Assembly (NCBI GenBank): GCA_028280165.1
Contig: JANQMI010000214.1
Span: forward strand, 132-64,131
DNA: 64,000 bases
Origin: Oceanicaulis sp.
Lineage (GTDB): Bacteria; Pseudomonadota; Alphaproteobacteria; Caulobacterales; Maricaulaceae
Reading direction: 5' to 3'
The notes below the pieces were generated by a model. That model was given only the letters and a program-made list of their open reading frames with translations. It was not told the DNA's origin and did not search any database. Positions 19,491 to 29,166 of the stretch are shown one piece after another (position 1 is the first letter of the stretch; each line of letters opens with the position of its first letter). Both the position numbers and the translations under genes were made by a program.

Positions 19491-21089
19491 TCAGGCTTCC
19501 GCCAGGATCATATCAGCTGCGCGCGTGGCAATCATGATGGTCGGCGCATTGGTGTTACCGCCCACCACAGTGGGCATCACAGAGGCATCGACAACCCGCA
19601 GATTGGATACGCCGCGCACTTTACAGGTGGGATCAACGACAGCCATGTCGCCCCTTCCCATCGCGCAGGTGGATGTCGGGTGGTAGAGCGTTTCGGCGCG
19701 CGCGCGCATGTCGGCTTCCAACGAAGCGCGGTCGCCGTTGACATCGGTTGGCAGGTCCAACTCCGAAAACTCGCCATCGAACGCGTCGGACAACAGGATA
19801 TCGCGCGCAGTTTCCAGGCAATCGGTCATCACTGCCACGTCTTCATCATGGCTGAGATAATTCGGATTGATCACCACGTGGTCGTTCGGATCGCCGCTTT
19901 GCAGCGTCAGGCGGCCGCGGCTCTTCGGGTAGAGATGGCAGGCATGAAGGCTCATGCCATGGCCGGTCAGCGTTTCGCGCCCATGGGGGCTGGCCAGCGC
20001 CGGAATGAAGACCAGCTGGATGTCGGGCAGATCGCCTGCCCGGCTCGATTTGATAAAGCCGCAGCCCTGAACCGGATTGACAGTGAAGTTGCCGGTGCCG
20101 GTGGTGGCCCATTGCAGAACGTCGCGCGCGGTGGCGGGGAATTTGCGGACCGAATATCCGATCGACGTGGGCTTCTTCGTGCGTGCCCGCGCCATGATGT
20201 CCAAATGGTCCTGCAGGTTTTCACCCACGCCCGGCAGGTCTTGTTCCACCGAAATCCCGTGTTCGCGTAAATGATCTGCGGGGCCGATGCCTGAAAGCAT
20301 CAGAGTGTGTGGCGAGTTGAGAGCGCCGCCCGAAAGGATGACCTCTTTGGTGGCGATGACTTCTTTGCGTTCGCCTGCAATCTCTATCTCAACGCCCTGG
20401 GCTTCACCGTTTTCAATCAAGACGCGGCGCACCATGGCTTCAGTCACCACCGTTAAGTTCGGTCGCTGCATGGCAGGCTTTAAGAAGGCGTCAGCCGCCG
20501 AGCAGCGCTTGCCGCCCTTCTGAGTGACTTGATACACGCCGAAGCCTTCCTGGCGCTCGCCATTATGATCCGGACATTCGGGGATCTGTTTCTTGCGGCA
20601 AGCCTCGTAATACATCTCTGTAAGAGCATTGAGGGGCTCGATGGATTTCACATTGAGCGGGCCGCCCTTGCCGTGCCAGGGCGTGCCGTGGTTTTCGTTG
20701 TTTTCGACCCGGATGAAGGCTTCGAGCGCGGCCTGACCCGACCAACCGTCGCAGCCATGATCTTCCCGCCAGCTGTCATAATTTTCCAGCGCGCCGCGCA
20801 TGTAGTGCATGGCGTTGATGGAGGAAGATCCACCCAGCGTCTTACCGCGTGGCCAGTAGAGCTTGCGACCATCGAGATTTTTCTGTGGTTCGGTCCAATA
20901 GTCCCAGTTGATGGAGCTATCCGTGATCGTGAACTGCAGCAGCATGGGAGTTTGGATATTGGTCTTGTTGTCCTTGCCGCCGGCCTCCAGCACACAGACC
21001 GTCGATTTGCCATCCGCCGATAAGCGGTCGGCCAGCACGCAACCTGCAGAGCCTGCCCCAACGATCACATAGTCAAAGACATCGCTCAT
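19491..21089 (-). CDS. GMC family oxidoreductase (AlkJ/choline dehydrogenase-like)
   Basis: [51 protein letters not shown]. Confidence 0.92.
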   Translation of the reverse strand: MSDVFDYVIVGAGSAGCVLADRLSADGKSTVCVLEAGGKDNKTNIQTPMLLQFTITDSSINWDYWTEPQKNLDGRKLYWPRGKTLGGSSSINAMHYMRGALENYDSWREDHGCDGWSGQAALEAFIRVENNENHGTPWHGKGGPLNVKSIEPLNALTEMYYEACRKKQIPECPDHNGERQEGFGVYQVTQKGGKRCSAADAFLKPAMQRPNLTVVTEAMVRRVLIENGEAQGVEIEIAGERKEVIATKEVILSGGALNSPHTLMLSGIGPADHLREHGISVEQDLPGVGENLQDHLDIMARARTKKPTSIGYSVRKFPATARDVLQWATTGTGNFTVNPVQGCGFIKSSRAGDLPDIQLVFIPALASPHGRETLTGHGMSLHACHLYPKSRGRLTLQSGDPNDHVVINPNYLSHDEDVAVMTDCLETARDILLSDAFDGEFSELDLPTDVNGDRASLEADMRARAETLYHPTSTCAMGRGDMAVVDPTCKVRGVSNLRVVDASVMPTVVGGNTNAPTIMIATRAADMILAEA

Positions 21090-22369
21090 GGATTCGCGTC
21101 CTCAGAAACCGCCTCGTCCTCTCTCCCGTCCACCGCAGCGAGAGGGGCCGGGCGCTCCGCCAGAGGGCTGACATGCTCGGAGACCGCGCGGAAGAAGGCA
21201 TGCGCCTCTGCAGTGCGGGCAAACCAGGTCGGGTCGCCCGCATTCTGGGCGATCACCACGCCGCGATGGCGGTCCACCCAGACATATTGGCCAAACACGC
21301 CAGCCATGTAGAACTCGCCATCATAGCCTTCCGGTACCCAGAAATGCAGGCCATAGCCGCGCATCGGATAGCGGGTCGCGCCTGGCTCCTGGAAGTCGGC
21401 CTGCGGCGTTGTGGCCTCGATACTCCAGCCTTCGGGCAGCATGCGCAGCCCATTCCATACGCCATCCAGGCGATAGAATTCACCAAAGCGCGCATAGTCT
21501 TCGCTGGTCGCTTGCAGACAGCAATAACCCACCCCAATGCCGTCCTCGCCGACCTTGTTTTGTAGCCAGCTGGCGTCGCTGGTCATGCCCAGCGGCGTCC
21601 AGATCTGTTCGGTGACGACATCGGCGAGACGCCCGCCATAAACCGCGCGCGCAACGGCGGCGAGCACGTGGGTGTTGGGGCTGGTATAGTGTAGGTCCTG
21701 ACCCGGTTCGCGATCGCGCTCGATCTCACCGACCATGGTGTCGATATTCCGACCCAGGATGAAGGCGTTGAAGAAGAGCGGGCGGATATCGCTAGGGCGG
21801 TCCGGGTCATAGCCTTCGTTGAAGTCCACGCCCGCCGACATCATCAGAATGTGGCGCAGGCTGGTGCGGCCGTAGTCCGTGCCGGCGAATTGCGGCGCGT
21901 AGGTCTCCGCTGTGTCGTCCAGGCTGTTGATCAGCCCGTCTTCAACTGCTTTGGCGATCAGGCTGGCAACAAAGGATTTAGCCACCGACCAGCTGGTAAA
22001 CAACGTGTCTTCGTCGGCCCCCTGAAAGAAGGCCTGGTTAAGCACCACACCATCACGCATCACGGTCAGGCCCGTGATGTTGGCGTCCACGATATAGTCA
22101 GCGACCGATAGTCTCTCACCGTCGACTTCAAAGTTTTCAGGCAGGTTTGCCTGCCCGGTTGGCAGCGGGGCGGGGGCTCCGGCGGTCACTACCGAATAGG
22201 GCAGGATTTCATCCATGCGCTGGAAGGTCGCCGGGTATTCCTCCGGCACGTCTAGCGCGGTGATTTTCGCCGGCGAGTAATCCGACCAAGGCCGATAATA
22301 CCAGCCGCCAAAGGCCAGGGCCGCGACCACAATAAGGGCCACCAGCGCGAATCCGATGCGCTTCATCAC
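21086..22369 (-). CDS. Serine hydrolase, beta-lactamase-related (NylB/esterase-like), membrane-anchored
   Basis: N-terminal TM helix; SWSVAKS (SxxK), HYTSPNT, AGVFGQ; 4-bp overlap with the GMC start. Confidence 0.85.
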   Translation of the reverse strand: MMKRIGFALVALIVVAALAFGGWYYRPWSDYSPAKITALDVPEEYPATFQRMDEILPYSVVTAGAPAPLPTGQANLPENFEVDGERLSVADYIVDANITGLTVMRDGVVLNQAFFQGADEDTLFTSWSVAKSFVASLIAKAVEDGLINSLDDTAETYAPQFAGTDYGRTSLRHILMMSAGVDFNEGYDPDRPSDIRPLFFNAFILGRNIDTMVGEIERDREPGQDLHYTSPNTHVLAAVARAVYGGRLADVVTEQIWTPLGMTSDASWLQNKVGEDGIGVGYCCLQATSEDYARFGEFYRLDGVWNGLRMLPEGWSIEATTPQADFQEPGATRYPMRGYGLHFWVPEGYDGEFYMAGVFGQYVWVDRHRGVVIAQNAGDPTWFARTAEAHAFFRAVSEHVSPLAERPAPLAAVDGREDEAVSEDANP

Positions 22370-22429
22370 AATGTCCTCCCCTTGAGGGTCCCGCTATCAT
22401 GGCGCAGCGGTGACTCTCGGCGAGTAGAA

Positions 22430-22444
22430 GTGAACACTGTTCAG
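22430..22444. promoter_or_regulatory. Operator-like palindrome GTGAAC-N3-GTTCAG (site 2, one mismatch)
   Basis: gtgaac act gttcag, about 60 bp upstream of the 22369 start of the five-gene minus-strand run. Confidence 0.6.
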
Positions 22445-22476
22445 TGCGTGTTGGCCAGAGGGGGTGTCCCGCAGGA

Positions 22477-23634
22477 TCAGTCAGCCGGCGTCAGCCGCAC
22501 CAGCCTACCGTCTGCCCCATCGGTTAGCACCCACAGGGCTCCATCGGGACCGGTGGCCACCTGGCGGATACGCGGTTGGCCGTCCAGAATGATGCGGTTC
22601 TCCGCGATCACAGTGCCGTTGGCATCCAGGTCGAGATGATGGATCGCTTGGCCAGCCAGCGCGGCGACAAACAGATCGCCGCCCCATTCGGAAAACAAAT
22701 CGCCGTCATAAACGGTCAGCCCGGCGGGGGCGATGGAGGGAGTCCAGCCCCAGATCGGGCCAGTGAAACCCTGCTCTTCGTGATCCTCGAACGGGGAAAT
22801 GCGCGCACCGTTGTAGTCGCGGCCTTCGGTGACGATGGGCCATCCATAGTTTGCACCGGGGCTGAGCTGGTTGAGCTCATCGCCGCCTGCGGGCCCATGC
22901 TCATGCTCCCAGATGATGCCACGCCGGCTATCAAAGGCAATGCCCTGCACATTGCGATGGCCGTAGGAATAAACGAAGGCTGCGGCCCCGCCTTCATCGA
23001 AGAAGGGATTGTCCGCCGGCGGTGTGCCATCGGTGGTCAGGCGCACCACCGTGCCCAGGTGATTGTCATAGCGCTGGGCTTGTTCGCGATAGGCAAAGGC
23101 GTCGCCCAGAGTCAGAAGCAGCGTACCGTCCGGCAGAAAGGTCACCCGCCCCCCATAGTGGGCGTCGGTATCGCGGTCTGGGCTGGAGCGGAAGATGGTC
23201 TCGCCCCCGACCAGCGCCTCGCCATCAAATCGCGCCTTGAACACGGCGGTATGGTTAGCCTCGGCGTCTCCGCCCGAATAGGTCAAAATAACCTCACCGG
23301 TCTCAGCGAAGTCCGGGGTGGCTTCGACTTCCAGGAGACCGCCCTGCCCAGCAAAGAAGCTCTCGGGCACGCCGGCCACCGGGCTCACCGTCAGTGCGCC
23401 GTCGCGTATGAGCCGCAGCGCTCCGTCGCGCTCGGTCACCAATATGTCACCGCCAGGAAGGAAAGCGACGTCCCAAGGATAGGATAGGCCTTCAGCAATG
23501 ACCGCCTCGCTGAAGCTGGCACTCTCGATCAAGGGCGCTTCAGAGCGATCGGTGGGGCCGCCGCAGGCCGCCAGACCGGCAGCCAGAGCGACCACTGCAG
23601 ACGAGTGAGCGAGGGCGGACAAACGCGAAGCCAT
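22477..23634 (-). CDS. PQQ-dependent sugar dehydrogenase (glucose/sorbosone DH family) lipoprotein
   Basis: Lipobox LAAC; GLSYPWDVAFLP, GQGGLL, HYGGR, YSYGHRNVQG, EHGPAGGDELN, NYGWP, PSIAPAG. Confidence 0.9.
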   Translation of the reverse strand: MASRLSALAHSSAVVALAAGLAACGGPTDRSEAPLIESASFSEAVIAEGLSYPWDVAFLPGGDILVTERDGALRLIRDGALTVSPVAGVPESFFAGQGGLLEVEATPDFAETGEVILTYSGGDAEANHTAVFKARFDGEALVGGETIFRSSPDRDTDAHYGGRVTFLPDGTLLLTLGDAFAYREQAQRYDNHLGTVVRLTTDGTPPADNPFFDEGGAAAFVYSYGHRNVQGIAFDSRRGIIWEHEHGPAGGDELNQLSPGANYGWPIVTEGRDYNGARISPFEDHEEQGFTGPIWGWTPSIAPAGLTVYDGDLFSEWGGDLFVAALAGQAIHHLDLDANGTVIAENRIILDGQPRIRQVATGPDGALWVLTDGADGRLVRLTPAD

Positions 23635-23742
23635 AGGGCTCTCCTGTCGATACTTCGATCACGCCGGGTTTGCCGACGAGCTGTGAATCGGCATCCTAGC
23701 GAGGGTGCTGTAAAACGCACCTCATTCATCGGAGGGCCGATC

Positions 23743-24192
23743 GTGAGATTTTTTACCGCCGTTCTGGGCTTTGTCCTGGCGACTGTTTTGCTAACGGTCC
23801 TTGCCGTAATTTTCCAGACCGGCTTCGTGCTGTCGATGCTGAGCGAAGTTGGCGCAGAGATCGGAATTGGCGCGGCGCTGTCCATGATCATCGATGACCT
23901 CATCGGGTTTGGCCCGCTTTATGGAGTGCTGATCGCGGTTGGCCTGGTGATTGCCTTCCCAGCCGCTGCGCTTGTGCACCGCCTCACCAAGCTGTCACGC
24001 GAATTAGTATTTGCCTGCGCCGGCGCAGCCTGTTTGCTGGTCATGCTGATCGCCATGGAACAGGCCTTTTTTGGCGTTCAGCTGGTGGCTGGAGCCCGCA
24101 CACTGCCAGGCCTGATTGGTCAGGTGCTTGCCGGCGGTCTCGGTGGGCTTGCCTATGCAATGATAACCGCTCCGCCGCGTCCCAATATCTGA
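23743..24192 (+). CDS. Small multi-pass membrane protein, divergent from the PQQ dehydrogenase
   Basis: About four hydrophobic helices; GTG start after RBS ggaggg. Confidence 0.7.
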   Translation: MRFFTAVLGFVLATVLLTVLAVIFQTGFVLSMLSEVGAEIGIGAALSMIIDDLIGFGPLYGVLIAVGLVIAFPAAALVHRLTKLSRELVFACAGAACLLVMLIAMEQAFFGVQLVAGARTLPGLIGQVLAGGLGGLAYAMITAPPRPNI

Positions 24193-24416
24193 CGCCCTAA
24201 GATGAACCTCCTTCCAGAGCTCATTCGGCCACTGGAGTTTTGGGGCTAGAGCAGAACTGGTTTCGCGCTCGCTTGGCGGGCCCATATGAGCAGGGCTGTC
24301 ATGCGAATTAACGTGCGACTACGCGCTCTAAAGTGCGGGTGCCCTGACCGATACGAACCCGGCGTGACGCGAAGGGTGATTGCAAAAAGAATTGCTGTTG
24401 CAGGGCTGTTTGTCTC

Positions 24417-24449
24417 TTGACGGGGGCGATTAGTCAGCGTGCGATACTC
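24417..24449 (+). promoter_or_regulatory. Possible sigma70 promoter of the TonB-dependent receptor
   Basis: TTGACG at 24417-24422 and gcgatactc about 18 bp downstream, similar to the Caulobacter-type -10. Confidence 0.35.
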
Positions 24450-24638
24450 ATAAGTCTATGAATGCGGCGCGGATTCGCGTCGGGTGCGGCGATGTGGCCT
24501 ATCCGCCACTATTTCACCTCGCATCAATCAGCCCGCATGACAAATAGGCCGAATGCGGCATAAGCTGTGCATTGGATCGGTAAGCAGCGGCGATAAGCTG
24601 CGCCGCGATTTAAAAATTCTCAGGGGGAGGAAACCTGA

Positions 24639-27290
24639 ATGAAGCGTTCCATTAAAGCTGTTGCTCTCGGCGCGACGGCACTCGCCGCGGGTCTTGTGAC
24701 CACCGGTGCCATGGCACAGACGCCAGACGTCATCACCGTTACCGCGCAAAAGCGTGAACAGACCCTGCAGGAAGTTCCGATCGCCGTGTCGGTGGTTCAG
24801 GCAGAGACGCTGGAAAATGCTCAGATCGTTGATGCGATTGATCTTCAGTCTGTCATTCCTGCGCTGCGCGTCAGCCAGCTCGAGCGCAGCTCGAATGCCA
24901 CCTTCATCATTCGTGGCCAAGGTAATGGCGCGAACAACCCCGGAATTGAGCCGTCAGTGGCGGTCTATATCGATGGGGTGTTCCGCAACCGCGCGGGGAC
25001 CGCGCTGTCCGACCTTATTGGAATTGAGCGCGTGGAAGTCCTGCGGGGCCCGCAGTCGACGCTGTTCGGTAAGAATGCCACCGCCGGTGTGGTCAGCATC
25101 ATCACCGCTGAGCCCGATTTTGAATTCGGCGGCACTGCTGAGGCGACTTTCGGCAACTATAATCAGACTATTCTGAAAGGTTCGGTTACGGGGCCCTTGA
25201 GCGAAAACGTCGCGTTCTCGCTGGCCGGCAGTATCAATCAGCGTGACGGTTATTATGAAAATCTCGGCCCAGCCGGTGATTTCAACAATCGTGACCGTTG
25301 GGCCATTCGCGGTCAGCTGCTGATGATCCCGAGCGATAATCTGGAACTGCGCCTGATCGCCGACTATGACGAAATCGACGAGCAATGCTGCGGTACTGAT
25401 CGTGTGATCGACGGTGCTGCCGGTCCTGTGCTGCGCGGCCTTCTGGGCGGCCAGACGTCAGCGGGCCCGGGCTTCAACTACCAGATCGCCACCGACTTCG
25501 CGAACCAGAACACGATCGAGAATTCTGGCGTGTCCTTGCAGGCCGATTGGACCCTGGGTGAGACCACAACGCTGAGCTCGATCACAGCCTACCGCAATTA
25601 TGACGACTTCATTGACTATGAGGGTGACTTCACCACGCTCGCTTTGCTTGGTGAAAACGTCCGCGGTTTGGATATCGGCACCTTTAGCCAGGAATTCCGC
25701 CTAACCGGGGACTGGAATAACCGGGCTTTCTATCTACTGGGGGCCTATTACTCCAACGAGGATATGACGGTTGAAGATGCGCGTATCTATGGCGCTGACA
25801 CCCGCGCCTATGTGGATATCCTGACCGGCGGTGCGCTCGCAGGTCTCGAGGCCGCGACCGGCTTCGCACCTGGCAGCTTCTTCGCAGACGGGGGCGGGAC
25901 CCGCTTCACCGCTGAGCAATCCGACGAGCAATACCAGATCTTCGGTCAGGTCGACTTTAACCTGTCTGACCGTTTGGTTCTGACTGCGGGTCTGGCCTAT
26001 TTTGAGACCACGAAGGAAGTGGACTTCACCAATGTGGTCCGGACCAACCCCTTCTCCGACCTGAACCTTGTGCAGGTTGGATTGGGATCCTTCCTGGCCA
26101 GTGCTGGGGTGAACCCGAATGACCCGGCTCAAGTCGGTGCGTTCGCAGCGGCTCAGCCAGGCGTTTTCGCCGCGTTCCAAAGCGCGTCGACGACCTTCAA
26201 TTCCGTCGGTCTTGCCAATGGTGGTGTTTTGGTTGGGGGAGTCGTGGTCGATCCGATCACCGGCTTGCCGCTCGCCAACCCGCTTTTGGACTTCTTCGCT
26301 TTGGGACTGCAGCCGCTCGGCGCGCTGACCCCGTTCCCGAATTCGGTAGAAGACGGCACCACGACCGACTCGGACTGGCCGTACACGATCCGGCTGGCGT
26401 TTGACGCGACCGATCGTACGAATGTCTACGCCTCCTTCTCGCGCGGCTTTAAAGCTTCGTCCTGGAACCTGACCCCGGATACGCGTCCGGCGTCATCGGA
26501 CATTGCTGCCCTGCGGGCGGCTGGCGAACTGGCGGCTGACAATGCGCTGGGCCTGCCCACCGTGGTCAACACCGCTGAAGCGCTCGGCGTGGCCGGCAAC
26601 CAGCGCTTCGCGCGTCCGGAAATCACCGAGACCTTCGAGATTGGCTTCAAGACCCGCTTTAGCTTCGGCTCGCTGGATGTGGCCTTCTTTGACCAGACCG
26701 TCACAGACTTCCAGTCCTCGGTCTTCCAGGGCGCTGGCTTTGCGGTGATCAACGCCGGTGAGCAATCCGCTCAGGGTCTCGAGTTTGACAGTGTCATCAA
26801 CCCACCACAGATCGAGGGTCTGACCCTGACTTTGTCGGGCATCTGGATGGATGCTGAATATGACGACTTCCAGGGTGCTCCGGTTGTGTCCGGCAGCGCG
26901 ATCGACCTGGCGGACGGTGTTCAGGACGGTACGGGCGATCTCAGTGGTGAATCGGTGTCCGGTATTCCGGAATTCGCCGGCTCCTTTGGGGTTCAGTACA
27001 ATCGTGAGACCTCCTTCGGTGAGCTGTTGATGCGTGCGGACTGGCAGTATGAGTCCGAAGTGCGGCTTCTGGAGAATCTGCCTGAAACGATCACGCGTGA
27101 GGTCTCGACGATCAATGCGTCGATCGGCCTGAACTTTAACAATGGCTTCGAAGCTTTGGCGTGGGCTCGTAATCTCAATGATGACGAGTACTACACCTCG
27201 GGCTTCCCAACCACGCTGCAGTCGGGGTCGTTCTCGACCTATCCGAATGCGCCGCGCACTTATGGCATTACGCTGCGCAAGGACTTCTAA
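24639..27290 (+). CDS. TonB-dependent receptor
   Basis: Signal peptide; ITVTAQKREQTLQEVPIAVS plug start, ERVEVLRGPQSTLFGKNA, C-terminal PRTYGITLRKDF. Confidence 0.95.
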   Translation: MKRSIKAVALGATALAAGLVTTGAMAQTPDVITVTAQKREQTLQEVPIAVSVVQAETLENAQIVDAIDLQSVIPALRVSQLERSSNATFIIRGQGNGANNPGIEPSVAVYIDGVFRNRAGTALSDLIGIERVEVLRGPQSTLFGKNATAGVVSIITAEPDFEFGGTAEATFGNYNQTILKGSVTGPLSENVAFSLAGSINQRDGYYENLGPAGDFNNRDRWAIRGQLLMIPSDNLELRLIADYDEIDEQCCGTDRVIDGAAGPVLRGLLGGQTSAGPGFNYQIATDFANQNTIENSGVSLQADWTLGETTTLSSITAYRNYDDFIDYEGDFTTLALLGENVRGLDIGTFSQEFRLTGDWNNRAFYLLGAYYSNEDMTVEDARIYGADTRAYVDILTGGALAGLEAATGFAPGSFFADGGGTRFTAEQSDEQYQIFGQVDFNLSDRLVLTAGLAYFETTKEVDFTNVVRTNPFSDLNLVQVGLGSFLASAGVNPNDPAQVGAFAAAQPGVFAAFQSASTTFNSVGLANGGVLVGGVVVDPITGLPLANPLLDFFALGLQPLGALTPFPNSVEDGTTTDSDWPYTIRLAFDATDRTNVYASFSRGFKASSWNLTPDTRPASSDIAALRAAGELAADNALGLPTVVNTAEALGVAGNQRFARPEITETFEIGFKTRFSFGSLDVAFFDQTVTDFQSSVFQGAGFAVINAGEQSAQGLEFDSVINPPQIEGLTLTLSGIWMDAEYDDFQGAPVVSGSAIDLADGVQDGTGDLSGESVSGIPEFAGSFGVQYNRETSFGELLMRADWQYESEVRLLENLPETITREVSTINASIGLNFNNGFEALAWARNLNDDEYYTSGFPTTLQSGSFSTYPNAPRTYGITLRKDF

Positions 27291-27333
27291 GACTGAACGT
27301 CGTCAACCTGCCCTTGGGCCGGGTTGCAAAGAG

Positions 27334-27366
27334 ACGCCACCGGGGAAACCCGGTGGCGTTTTTTTA
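27334..27366 (+). terminator. Rho-independent terminator
   Basis: acgccaccggg-gaaa-cccggtggcgt followed by a T run. Confidence 0.9.
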
Positions 27367-27535
27367 TCTCCGGTCGCTCCATCCCCCCTCTCGACCTCGA
27401 AGAATGTTGGTGCCCAATGCCCGAAAACGCTGAGCATGACATCCCCTGGGGCCCGCCTCAGCCAGGAAGGTTGAATGGGTGCGGCAACACATCCTTGCCC
27501 TTGAATTTCAAAACCAAAGCCAGTTCATTGCGGAC

Positions 27536-27982
27536 ATGAGCGAGGTCATCACCCTGATTATCGTCATTGGAGCCTCCGCGCTTGCGGTCGGGCTTTTAGT
27601 GGCGTTGAACGCTTTTATGGGCGGATGGACGCGCGCGCGCCTGAGCGATGTGACGGCGGCCGGCGAGCGGATTGGCGTGGACGTGCTGGGCTTTCGTCCC
27701 AGCCCGATGGCGACCCTTGATGCTGAGCGCCGCACCGCCCTGGTCTTTGAACAGGGCGGAGCGCGTCTCGGTTTAGCGGTCTGCCGCGGCGATAAAATCA
27801 CGGTCCGGGCGCTGCGCCCGAACGAGCTTGTCAGCGCCGATGCGGTGGGCTCAGAACTGGGGCTTAGGCTTGACGACTATACCCTGCCGCAGGTCAGCTT
27901 GCGCCTTGGCGATCCAACCCAGGCTCAGCGCTGGGTGGACGATATCAAGGCCTTTATGAGCCAAGCGGACTCGAAAGACTGA
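27536..27982 (+). CDS. Hypothetical protein with N-terminal membrane anchor
   Basis: One N-terminal TM helix, genome-typical codon usage, stop 2 bp before the desaturase start. Confidence 0.7.
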   Translation: MSEVITLIIVIGASALAVGLLVALNAFMGGWTRARLSDVTAAGERIGVDVLGFRPSPMATLDAERRTALVFEQGGARLGLAVCRGDKITVRALRPNELVSADAVGSELGLRLDDYTLPQVSLRLGDPTQAQRWVDDIKAFMSQADSKD

Positions 27983-27984
27983 CC

Positions 27985-28908
27985 ATGCCGAACCTGCCTG
28001 ATCCGATCTTTGTGGCGATCCCCGCCTTCGTGATCTTAGTCATTGCGGAGATGATCTATGCGCGCACGAGCGGTGGGGCGAGATATGAGCCGCGTGATAC
28101 CGCTGCCAGCCTCACCATGGGCTTGGGTAATACGATTTCCGGTGTGCTTCTGGGCGGCATCGCCGTGTACTGGTTCACCCTGATCGAGCCGTTCGGCCTG
28201 TTCGATATCGGTTGGGCGTGGTGGGCTTTTGCCCTCGCTTTCTTGCTTGATGACTTGGTCTATTACTGGAGCCATCGCTTTGCCCACACGGTGCGGTGGT
28301 GGTGGGCCGATCACGTGGTCCACCATTCCAGTCAGCACTACAATCTGTCCACGGCCTTGCGTCAGCCTTGGCTTAGTCCGCTGACTCTGAAATTCATTGT
28401 CTTTGGGTCCTGGCTGGTATTGCTGGGCTTTCCACCGGCCATGATCGCCTTCGTTGCGGCGCTAAATCTGGTCTACCAGTTCTGGATCCACACTGAAGCT
28501 ATTGGCAAGATGTGGGCTCCGATCGAGTGGATCATGAACACGCCGAGCCACCACCGCGTCCATCACGCCACCAACCCGCGCTATCTCGATCGCAATTATG
28601 CGGGCGTCTTCATTATCTGGGACCGCCTCTTCGGCACATTCGAAGCTGAGCGGAAGGATGAGCCTTGCCGCTATGGCATCGTGCGCAATCTGGGCACGTT
28701 TAATCCCATCAAGATTTGCCTGCATGAATGGCTCGCCATCATCAGGGATGTGCGCGGGTCAAAGTCGGTCAGCGAGGCGCTGGGCTATTGGCTTGGCCCG
28801 CCAGGATGGTCACCCGATGGCAGCCGCGACAGCTCCAAAATTCTCAAAGCCCGCTGGAAGGCTCGGCAGGAAGAGAAGAGCGACCCCACCAAGGTGGCCG
28901 CGGAGTGA
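27985..28908 (+). CDS. Sterol desaturase / fatty acid hydroxylase family protein (alkylglycerol monooxygenase-like)
   Basis: His boxes YYWSHRFAH, HVVHHSS, QFWIHT, SHHRVHH; NYAGVFIIWDRLFGTF. Confidence 0.9.
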   Translation: MPNLPDPIFVAIPAFVILVIAEMIYARTSGGARYEPRDTAASLTMGLGNTISGVLLGGIAVYWFTLIEPFGLFDIGWAWWAFALAFLLDDLVYYWSHRFAHTVRWWWADHVVHHSSQHYNLSTALRQPWLSPLTLKFIVFGSWLVLLGFPPAMIAFVAALNLVYQFWIHTEAIGKMWAPIEWIMNTPSHHRVHHATNPRYLDRNYAGVFIIWDRLFGTFEAERKDEPCRYGIVRNLGTFNPIKICLHEWLAIIRDVRGSKSVSEALGYWLGPPGWSPDGSRDSSKILKARWKARQEEKSDPTKVAAE

Positions 28909-29053
28909 CGTGAGCTGGGCGAGTGATGTCCTTCCCCGCCAGCAGGGGGAGACACCCGCGAAAATCCCTTAAAGCCCCGCTCCAGTTCGTCGCACCGCGA
29001 AGCCCTAAAGCCTGGCTTGCCAAACGGGCCTTCCTCCCACACACTCGATGAAA

Positions 29054-29068
29054 GTGAACGCTGTTCAC
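29054..29068. promoter_or_regulatory. Operator-like palindrome GTGAAC-N3-GTTCAC (site 3)
   Basis: gtgaac gct gttcac, about 98 bp upstream of the diiron oxygenase ATG. Confidence 0.65.
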
Positions 29069-29166
29069 ACCTGCGGGAAAGACAGGGGGAACAGCACAAG
29101 CGAGCCAGCGCGCTCGTGGCAGGCACGGCGCGACAGGCGGCTCGCTGATGATGCGGGAGGAACGCC

